From contig CM082585.2 in NCBI GenBank assembly GCA_040954595.2, positions 8,691,649-8,755,648 on the forward strand: a stretch of DNA of 64,000 nucleotides, in the 5' to 3' direction. Below, piece by piece: positions 27,901-38,500 of the stretch. Source of the stretch: Balanoglossus misakiensis (taxonomy: Eukaryota; Animalia; Hemichordata). Position numbers and translations under genes: made by a program. The notes beneath the pieces were generated by a model. That model made no database searches and was not told the DNA's origin. It worked only from the letters and a program-made list of their open reading frames with translations. How positions within the stretch are numbered: the stretch's first letter is position 1; every line of letters starts with the position of its first letter.

Positions 27901-30900
27901 GCCTATGCCAGACCAGGACATGTTCATGTATGGTCATCACACTCAAATCTTTCACTTCGAAGACAAAAATCGACAATTTTTGCGATATTTTACATTTCAG
28001 TGAAATTTTGTTTAGCTGACCTGTAGACCATTTATTGTATTTCTTCATCCAGTGATAGGGATAGGTAGCTTAGAAACAAAATGGACCAGCCTTAGCAGAA
28101 TTAGTCCTGTGTCTCCGTACGTACTCAGTCAGAAAAACAGTCGTGAAGAGACAAGAAGTCGGCTCAGCTGTAGGGAATGTAAAAGTGATGACATGTTAGA
28201 TATAGGTTTGTAGTGGTAGGTTTTTGGTTAGAAATATTTAAGTGAGTATATGTAAAGCTGGTACAGGTACTATGTAAAAGTTGAATGTACCGGTAATAGA
28301 GAAACAGATTAAAAGGATAAGAATAGGACGATTATCAAGGATGTTTAGCACACAGATATTTTATACCACTCCCCAACTGGGGCAGCTGAGGTTGGGGATA
28401 GGGTTATCGTTGTCTTGTGGTTAAATATCCAAGAACCAGCTGAAGATTGTATGTTTTTGCTAGAGCCAATGCTGGTGACATGCGAGAGTATTTGGTGGTA
28501 TAATAACCTTTGTACACATTTCTCACCCTCGTGTCCTACCAGTGGAACTGTCTCACAGCTAGAAACTACGGGCCTATACCTCTGAAACTGGTAGCTTTCA
28601 TTTTCATTGCAGGGGAGGAGGCGGCGGCAAACGTGGCCAGCACATCCCTGATGGACCCGACGCTGAAAGAAATCAAGGAGGAGGACGAAGGGGACGGCAA
28701 CAGCGTGACGGCCACCACGCAGATCGGCAGCGATCTCTTCGCCAGCGAATCACCACCGCCGTTCCCAGAGTTGGAGTTTCTCAGTCTAGCATATAACCAG
28801 GTTGGTTACAGTACTGTTACGTCTATGGCTCGCATCATCATTGGAAGTTCCAGCGTGTTAGTGTGTAGTACCCCCTGGGTGATATCACAAGCTGTTGATA
28901 GGTTGGGTCTAGTCTAGTCTTTGGTAAGCTGGGAAATATGTCCGAGGCTAGTCAAAGGCAATAAGTGTATGTGTGCGTGTGGGCACGCTTGTGTGTGTGT
29001 ATTTGCATGCATGCGTGTGTGTCAATTTTCTGTGTGCAGCTGTAGCCATGTTTGCGCTTTAAACCACAACTGCCTACACTTTTAAATGCTCCAGATCATC
29101 AATGTGCGCTTGTAAAGAATTCTCAGTCAGTTGCTACTTTTCCTCATCAGATATCTGAAGAGGAGGGGCTCCTCGCCGTGGCCGCCTGGCCAATGTTGTC
29201 CGAGCTGGTGATACACAACAACCCACTGACCCTGGAGAAGAGTGGCGACCCGCCCCTCCTGACCAGATATTTGGTCGACCGACTGGGAATTCATCTGACC
29301 AGGCTGAAGCCGAAGGAGATCCAGAAGCCGGGACCCAGAGTTCCCGTCAAGAAACAAAGACAGGCAAGTTGTTCTTGTCATGCACTACCTAACTCACTAT
29401 CAAGACCAACAAAATGGCTGAAAAAAGCTTTTTCACTATGTTTTCAGTATTTTTTTTATCCACTGCAGTTTCTTGTTCCACTCCCCGAAGCATTATTTTT
29501 GACTGAACTTTATCATTCCAAAGATCTTATACCATTTGAACCTTCTGGGATCACTTGCATCTGTATGTTTTTGCTTTTATTTTGAAAGGATTGTGAAATG
29601 AAATTGTTCTCATGTTTAAATAAAAAAGATGTTTTTGTTTTTTTTCCTTCAGGTGTCGACTGTTGTGCCAAAAGTACCCAAAGTACCCGTCGAACAGCTC
29701 ATGCTAGAAGCACCCTCTAGGTTCGCCCTTCCCTCCAGCCAAATCCACACACCCCATCCGCCCTCCAGAGCCCGATCGGCACCCTCCCCGTCCCTCGACC
29801 CTACCAAGCCCCTGCCACCCATTGCCCCCACACCACCCCCACCCAGGAAAACACCCCCTGGGGTGGAGGAGGGGGAGGAGGAAGCACGGGACAGGATGTC
29901 CAGGACCCAGATGTGGACGGAGGATAATTTTAGAAGAACCGGCGTTGAGGAAGGGGGACAGTCACAGCCCAAGAAAGATGAAACGGCTGATGACCCTGTC
30001 TTCCTTACTCAGGTAAATCAGAGACCTCAGTTAGTGTTGTCAAAGGATGTTCTGGAATCTATCTCATGAATTTATAAACCTAGTGATTGAAATAACATTC
30101 TGTTATCACCAAATCTGTCCACTTGTCAAATCCAGAAGAAAATATAAGTCCATAATATTCCAGATAAAAAAAACATCCCAAAATGTGGTTTTGTGTAATA
30201 GCAGTATGGTTGGTGATACTGGAACACAGTGTACTTGCCAAAAGATTTTCTCAAGATGATATTTACAAGAAGGGACTCCACTCGTATTTAACTTTTCACC
30301 ATCTTTGCATTCTCAGGTCGATAACCAAGAAGAAGAAGAGGAGGCCAAACCAGTGGAGAAAGTCGAAAAGAAAGAGAAGAAAACCAAGAGGAGCCAGAGA
30401 GTGGACAGCGCCGCTGTCTCCATGGCAATGCCTCCAAAATACAAGGGTTATGAGCTCTTACTGGATGTCGAAGATGACCCGACTATGATGATCCCACCAG
30501 GTAGTTCGATTGAAATGATTAAACCAAATTCCAACCATGTGGATTTGTTTTCCCGACACTGACCTTGTTCTGACTGTTTGTTTTAGATATCCATGGCAGC
30601 GTGAAGGCCCTACAGTATGCACTGGATCACCCAATTGTCCATAAAGATAACAAAGTTGATCTGGATAGATTACAAAAACCATTCGAGCCATATGAAAGGG
30701 TAAGTCGCCATGAATGATAACACAGTTCCATGCACTAGCTAGATTACAGAATCAAGCACTATTCCATCAAATATTTTTTCCAATCAAAAGTACATATTTC
30801 TCTCTCTCTCCTTTGCAGAGTCAAGTTGATTATGGAAAGCAGTTCAAAAGCAAAGCAGAGAGACTAGAGGACATGATGCACACCATGAAAGAACGGGTGA

Positions 30901-31304
30901 CCACACAGGAAATCAGTCTGGCGGCCATCTTGGAAGACAAGAAGAAATACCGACAAGAATATCCAGAAGCAGAAAAGCTTCTCTCCAAGGTTTGTAACTG
31001 TGAACACGAACTATTGAGTTTAAAAACGTCAGAGAAAAATGTCCACTTGCCTGTTTCTACTTGGATTTTTTGGAGTGTAGCAACGACCGACAGAATGTTT
31101 CAGGTTCACATGTCAAGCTTGTGTGCTCTCTACACGCAGATCCAGGCCAAATACAAAACTGTGAGGGCAGCGTCCATGAAGGACAGCAGCGAAGCCAGGG
31201 AAACCTTTGACGACACCGTGAAGGGCATCAAAGAAACCAGCGACAAACTACAGAAGACCAAGACAGAGAGGGGATCCAGCAGGACCAAGACCAAGACCAC
31301 GTAG
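24901..31304 (+). CDS. XRRA1: X-ray radiation resistance-associated protein 1 (LRR protein), ~14 coding exons (24901-24997, 25589-25788, 25983-26127, 26293-26390, 26550-26695, 27308-27415, 27544-27755, 28613-28800, 29151-29363, 29653-30012, 30317-30500, 30587-30699, 30819-30989, 31140-31304)
   Basis: N-terminus MAVPAGVKLDDGTGGYAANCFPVR; KHCCVEDPSDVCAVNVSG; ENLLPF; LRRs VLDLSFNNLS, VLHLSGNGLTSLP, LYLDENKL, LYLDKNKI; PFPELEFLSLAYNQI; VAAWPMLSELVIHNNPL; PVFLTQV; KYKGYELLL. All resemble vertebrate XRRA1. Confidence 0.9.
25455..25499 (+). repeat. (ACACT)n pentanucleotide microsatellite in XRRA1 intron 1
   Basis: About 8 tandem ACTAC units. Confidence 0.9.
26867..26905 (+). mobile_element. Degenerate left half of the piggyBac-type MITE
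   Basis: TTAACCCTTACAACAACATGGTTTGGTCCAAATCCAT resembles TTAACCCTTTCACCACCATGGTTTCAGGCCAAACCCAT. Confidence 0.55.
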
Positions 31305-31630
31305 CACTGAAGTACTGACTTGTGACACCTCAGTACACTCTATGAAAATTATTTGTAAATAGCACGGCAAAATGGACACACGGATCATGGACAGTCCGAG
31401 TCTCGATCTAAAATATCTCTAGAGTTGACCTTTCTCAAAGGTTGTGGTGTCAAGATGATCACTTTGTAAATATTGAGTGTGGTTGTTGGTTGTATATACC
31501 CGGTTATATATCTTTTGTAAATGATTAAACTTTTGAAACATTTTTAAATGTAAAACGAGAATCTCTCTTTTTGTATGTTCAATAATTTGCTGAGCTGGTA
31601 TGAGGAAACTATTTATTCTGCAGCACAACA

Positions 31631-31667
31631 ATGGGTTTGGACTGAACTATGGTGGTGAGAGAGTTCA
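31631..31667 (-). mobile_element. Degenerate half of the piggyBac-type MITE between the XRRA1 and RANBP2 3' ends
   Basis: ATGGGTTTGGACTGAACTATGGTGGTGAGAGAGTTCA matches 22243-22278. Confidence 0.55.
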
Positions 31668-32502
31668 CATATCCAATACCCTGCCACATATGATTCTGAG
31701 CACAGCTACTATCAGTTGATGTAAATAAGCAAAAAAAAAGACACCTCATTGCACACTTTGGTTGATTTTCAAGATTTATTGCAAAATGTCCAAACTTTCC
31801 AGTGAGAATTCAGTGACCAAGAAAGAGAAAGTGAACTAGTTTTCCTTCAAACTCTGCGTGCATCTTTTATTTAGTAAGAATATTTTATCAACAAAACACA
31901 TGAAAAATGTACCTGCAAAAGCAATGCGACTCAAATATAATTCCGTTGAACAGTTTTCAACACTCGCTTAATCTACATTCTTAGTCAAGAAAGAACTGAA
32001 CAAAGAAGTAACAACTTCCAAATTTTGACATGATCATTTGCTACAGTAATACAAAATGTACTTAACAATTCTCCCAAATTCAAAAGAATATTCAAAATAG
32101 ACAGCTGATTCATGGTACATTGCTAGCTTTAGAAAAATCCTTTGAAAGAAAAAGCCACAATTCCAAAATTAGCAAAGTCAAAGACCAAGTTCCTCTGTGA
32201 AAAAAAAAAAAATACAGCACCACTTCTTGTGCGAAACACGCCCTTTTACATTTCTAATACTGTATAATTACTAACACTATCAATGATGCACGTGTCAATT
32301 GTAGTAACATCGGAAAGCTTTACTGAAGACAAATCTATGTAATCGTGCAACAGTGCTATCCCGATCTGCTTCCATCCTGATCTGTTGTGTATATCCTGGA
32401 ATACTGAGGCCCCGTGCCTCACAAAAATTCTAGTTTCCTGATTGCGAAGTACTTTATTGTGAAATGAGTGCAAAAAAACAACAACTTGTCACATCTTCTC
32501 TT

Positions 32503-35500
32503 CTACCTTTCTTCCTGATCAGCATCACCTGTACCAGACACATCTTTGTCATCTGTATGAAGGAGAAAAACTGTTAGAATTTACAGTTCCCGATAACCAA
32601 TCAAACGGTGGTCTGAATGTTTGCATTTCACACACACAAGGTTTCATTCGCTTTATTCGGTCATCTTATCACATTTAGCTTACCATCAATGATTTCTTCT
32701 AGAACTTCTGTTAGTTTGGGATCACAGGACTTGACTTTCTCAGTTGACTTGCTTGGAGTGCTGGAGGCCTTTGGAGATTTCACGTCTGAAACAAAATGGT
32801 ACAATTCATGATATATGATTTATAACAACTTAATGTCATTATTATGCTCCAAGCAGGAACCTGATTGACATGTACATTATTCATACTTTATTGACTGCTG
32901 TAATCAACATGCAAGCATAGATGGCTATCAGCGAGTTATTCGTTGCGTGTGGTTTTTGTCAAAGATGCCTTGACCTGACAAACCCACCTGTTGGAGATGC
33001 TGGAGGTTGCAAGGCGCCATCTTTGCCGGATTCAGACTCCTCACTTTGTTTCCCCGGCGACGCCTTCACGTACAGCCTCTGCACTTCCTCGAACTTGGCC
33101 TTGAATTCCGCGGCGACCTCCGGATTTTTAAATTTGGCGGCCAGCTGTTCATGGGACGGCACGTCCTCGGCCGCGTCCATGGCGTTCCAGACCCAGGAGC
33201 TCTTGGAGTTCTTCAGAGGTCTCAGCGCCATCTCCGCCGTGATGAAGTGGTTGGCGCACACCTTGAAGACCTGGTCTCGCCTCATGAGGATGCGCACACG
33301 CCCGCTCTCCCGGTGCTTCAGGATCTTCAGCTCCCCGGGGCCTCTCTCCTTCCACTGCTTCAGCTCGGTGTCGAACCTGTACAGCTTGGCCCGGTGGCAG
33401 GACAGGGCCTCTTCGTTCTCTTCCCCCGTGATCAGGTCGACGTTCTCCGGCAGTCGCGTGATGGGCTCGAAGTGGATGCTGTCCCCGTCGTCTTCAGACT
33501 TGTAGTAACTCTCATCTTGGGAGTCGTTGCCTCTCACGTTTTGAGAGCCGGGTGTATCCTTGGGGCTCTCCGTCTGCTTGGGGCTCAAGGCAGTGCCCAA
33601 GTCCTTCGCAAACCCAAAGCCTGAACTGCACGAACTCGAGGCCAGTTCAGCAAAGGACGGCATGTCTAACTTCAGAGGGGGCGGTGGCTTGGCGGGAGAC
33701 TGACTAGAAGCGAAAGCAAAAGTACTGGGGGGTCTAGGTGTGATGGTGGTGCTGCTGCTGACTTCCTGGTGTTCATCCTCAGCACCGGATTCCCCTAATC
33801 CGCTCAGAACAAATTTTGGAGTAAAACTGAAAGTTGACTTTGTGTCGACAGAAGGCATGGTCGCCGTTACTGGCGAACCGAAGCTGAACCCACTGCTCTG
33901 GGTGCTGGCTACCGAGAAGCCAGCATTACCCGATTGGCCGAACTTGAATGGTGTGCCCTCCAGTCCACCCGTGGTGGTGCTCGCTGCCTGGGGGGACGCG
34001 CCGAAGGTGAATCCAGTATCACCGCCAGAGGGCGCTCCAAACTTCAGCGCGGAGCTGAGCGACGTCGTTGACGACACGTCCGACTCCGAAGATTTCAGCC
34101 CAGGTCTTCTGGTACCACAGGCCACGCAGCTGTTTTCCTCGGCCTGGTTGCGTACCAGACAGCCATCGCACTCCCAGCGTCCAGGTTTCAGGGTATCACA
34201 CGCTTCGCATGCTTTGGCACTGTTTGGATTGCTCGCTGAGCACTTCTCACATTGCCAAGTGGTCGGCTCGACGTTGAAGATACCTCCACTTTTCTGAAAG
34301 TCATAACCATGAAACAAATCAGTTGAAGGCATAAGACGAAAGGAAAATTCATGTCTGATTTCCAGTGTATTATTTTTGTCTCATACAGTAACAAACTCAT
34401 TCTACTCATCAAGTTCTGTTGAATCCCCAGAGTTTGAATCGCATGTGTGTGTACCAGATAGAAACTAACTCACTGCAGGAACCATAATGTGATACTATAT
34501 TCATGATCAACTTCAAACCAGTCTATGTCGGTCAACAATTAATAATGTGAATCATACAGCATTTCATATGTTTCTCTGACCTAGCAGAAAATACACAACC
34601 AGGCCTATTAAAGATAAACGTACCTTTTCGACCTGCACTGCTGGTGGTTGTCTTGGTGCATCACAAGCAGCACACACACTAACAGTCGTTTTGTTGCTCA
34701 CCAGACATTCCTCACACGACCATACTTCGGGTTTCGAATTCAACGATCCTCCCTCTTCACTTGTACCCTTGGACTCGCGGAGCATCTCCTGACATTCTTC
34801 AAACTTCTTCTTGAACTCCACGGCTATTTCCGGAGTCTTGAACTTCAGCGCCAGCTGCTCGGTCCGCGCCTCCTCTTCCGAGAAGTCCAGGGCGTTCCAG
34901 ACCCAGGAGCGATCAGATCCGGCGTTCGGTCGCAGCTCCATCTCCGCGCTGATGAAGTGGTTGGCGCACACCTTGAAGACTTGTTCTCTCCTCATGAGCA
35001 CCCTTATCTTGCCGGTTTCCGGGTGCTTCAGGAGCCTCACGTTGCCAATGCCGCGCTCCTTCCACTGCGTCACATCCTTGTCGTACCTATACAGCCTCGC
35101 GCGTTGGTTGTACAGTACGACCTCGTCCTCCTCGCCAGTTTTCACTTCCACGTACTTCGGTAGCGACACGATCGGTTCAAAGTGAATATCGTCACTGGGA
35201 GCGACTTCATCCCCATCGTCATCATTACCCCCCTCAGCCCTGTGCCTGGAAGGCGAGCTGAACAACTGGCGGCCTGCTCCTTTAAAATGGAACGCGGGAT
35301 CTGTTACCCGGAGAAAGAAAAAGAGGCGTGCTTTAATGAACAGAACCATAACACACACATACAAAGAGACACACAGAGAGATAGCCCACGCAAAAAACTA
35401 CATGAACTTCACTGAATGCAAACCTGATTTTCCAAAGCTGTATCCAGATGATGTAGATGCAACACTTGCAAAAGAGGTGCCGGATGCACCTGCTCCTCCA

Positions 35501-38500
35501 AACACTGTATTGTCTGGTTTTACGACATCGGTGGTAGAATCTGAAAAATATTTAATATTGAACAAGATCAATGGATAATTTTTTTGCTTTGGTATTGGTA
35601 AGCCTGCACTGAAAGAAAGGTGCTTCTTGAGTCTAGCCATAGAACCCATAAGTTCCATCCCGAAAACATCATCTCCAGTGATAAGCAGATCATCTGACAT
35701 ACCTGGTTCAATGACCTCAGTAGCTGGCTCTGACACTGTCGGTGCATCTAATTTCCACTCATTCCAATCATCAGGCAACCTCTCATCATTGCATCCAATA
35801 CACCCGGGACACTCTGCCTTGTACTTGTACAAATAGAAGGTCCTGGGCAGCTGTAGCTTTAGGGCTTCCTTAACTTCTTCTGCCGTGGGCTCTCGCTCAT
35901 AGACTATCTCTACAAAGTCTGTGTGCAAGAAACCAAAGGGGAACACAGATAATGAGCGAGATAGAGGGTAAGCAAAAGCCTGGCATTTAGACATACCAAA
36001 TCACCATCATCTTCTAGAATCTATCCAAAGTCATAAACTAATCATTTTCTGCTTAACAAAAAAACTATGAAGTCAAACCTCACCTGATTTTTCATCATGG
36101 TCAAACTTGAGGTCTATCTTGGGTAGATCCTTCGGTGCTTTCTTGTCAGCCCCAAACAGAGGGCCAGCTGTATCTGGTTTATGACCAAAGGTGAAACCAG
36201 CAAATGGCGACGCTGTTTTCACTTCCTTCTTGGGCTCTGGTGTGGTGGTGGATGACACGACTGAAGCAGGGTTGAAGGAGAATCCCTGACCGAATGAAAA
36301 CTTGGGAGGAGAAATCAGACCTCCTGCTTTGTCGCTTTTACCGTCCTTCCCCTGACTCTCGGCGCCTGGCTTCGACTTCTGATCTGTTGGCTCTGCGTCA
36401 GATGCTTTCGAAGGTGTGACCTCTCCACTGGGGGTGGTGGTGGCTGGTTGTCGTCCGAATGAGAATCCTGTAGCCCCCACTGCGGGTGGAGCCTGCGTTC
36501 CAAAAGTAAACCCTGGAACGCTCGCTGCGGTCGATGGAGTCCCAAATCCAAACGTCGCACCACCGCCTTCCGTCGTGGATGAAATTCCAAATTTAATCTC
36601 TGCACCCTCTCCACTACCGGATTTGTCACCGAAGGTAAATCCTGAAGATTCGGTTGACCCAAATTTGATTGCAACACTGGACTCTGGTGCCGACTTCGGA
36701 CTTTTTGCACTTTTTTCACTGCCTGGCCTCATTGAACTGCATGCCAGACAGGCGTCCTGTTTCATGGGATTGCTGACGAGACATGTTTGGCATTCCCAGA
36801 CATCCGTCCTCCTGAACTGTTCTGCAAGAGTCGGTTTCTTTTCCATGGCGCTTTTCCCGGCAGTATCTTTTCCGGGTGCGGCCTTCTCTCCCACTTCCGG
36901 GCGTCTCAGAAGCATCTCTTGGCATTCCTCAATCTTGGCCTTAAAGGCGTTCGCCATTTCTGAGTTTTTGAACTTGACGGTGAAAGTCTCCCGACGTCCT
37001 TCCTCTTCAGCGAAATCCATGGCGTGCCAAATCCACGATTTGTCCTTAGAAGGTCCCGGCTCCAGCTTCACATCTTTGGTGATGATGTGATTCGCACACA
37101 CTTTCAGCACTTGTTCCCTCCTCATCAGAATCCTTATCTGTCCCGTCTCCTTGTGCTTTAATACCTTGATGTGCCCTAGCCCGCGTTCCTTCCACTGTCG
37201 ACCATCAGAATCATATCGGTAGAGTTTAGATCTCTCTGAAAACAAAGTGTCTTCGTCCTCTTCCCCGGTTTTGAGGTCCACATTTTTGGGCATGGACACA
37301 ATTGGTGTGACGTGAATATGCTCACCATCATCGGATCGGTAGTATTCATTCCCTTCTTCTTGAGAGGCGGAGGATACATTGAGGTCTTTTTCTTTCTTGG
37401 GTGCATCACTCTTTGCTGCTCCCAGCCCGGGCAGACGTTCTGTTCTAGGTTCATCTGTCTGCTGTGCAGGCTTTGTCGGCGACGTCCCAAACGTGAAACC
37501 TGAGAAGGGTTTGTTCTCTACTGCGGGCTTCTCTTGTTTTTCAGGCTGATACCCGAACGTGAACGCCCCGAGTCGACCGTCGGACGGACCCCCGAAGCTG
37601 AAACCCGACGATTCTTCCTTGTTCTTCGCAGCCGCGGCTTCGCTCGGTGTCCCGCACGCGCAACACACAGACTTGTTGGCCTCGTTGCGTACTTCGCATA
37701 CGTTACACCTCCAGGATCCAGGCGGGGGTTTGAAAAGCTCCGACAGAGGCTTCAGTTCGGGTTTGTCTCCCTTGGGCTCGCCGACAAGCAGAGACTTGAG
37801 GAGAGGAGAGTCTTTACTCTTCTCCTTGTCGGGAGCCCTTCTGGGAGACGACTCCTGGGGACTTTCAGAGACTCCCCTTGGCGGAGACTGTCGCAGCATG
37901 TCCTGGCACTCCTCGAACCGAACCTTAAATGCGCTGGCTACTTCCGGAGATTTGAATTTCACAGCCAACTGTTCCAGTTGCGGCTTCTCGTCCGCGTAGT
38001 CCATGGCGTTCCAGACCCAGGACCGGTCAGAGCCGGCGTTCGGCTTCAACACCATGGAAGTGGTGATGTGGTGGTTGGCGCACACTTTGAACACCTGGTC
38101 GCGTCTCATCAGCACCCTGATGTGGCCAGCCTCTCGGTGTCTGAGGAGCTTGATATTCCCGATGCCTCTTTCTTTCCACTGTTTACTGCTGTGGTCGAAC
38201 CTGTACAGCCGTGCTCGTTCACAATACAGTGTCTCCTCGTCCTCCTCGCCAGTCTTCAAATCAACCTTCTCCGGTAACCGAGTCACCGGTTCAAAATGAA
38301 TGTGTTGACCTTCATCGTCTACGTAATACTCATCTTCACCATCTTTGGGGCTTTGGAACAGTTTCGAGCCAGCACCGGCAAATCCCTTGAATGCACTGCT
38401 GTCTGGGCTCTTCCCGAATCCAGACGACTCAGACGCTGTGCCGGCCAATGCAGCAAAGCTTACAGCGTCATTTGCCCCATGACCAAACGTTGCCCCTTCT

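Noticed and set aside
28053-28173. Possible extra XRRA1 exon after CATCCAG
   Set aside because: The frame reaches TAG with no convincing in-phase donor; the flanking exons join in phase without it.
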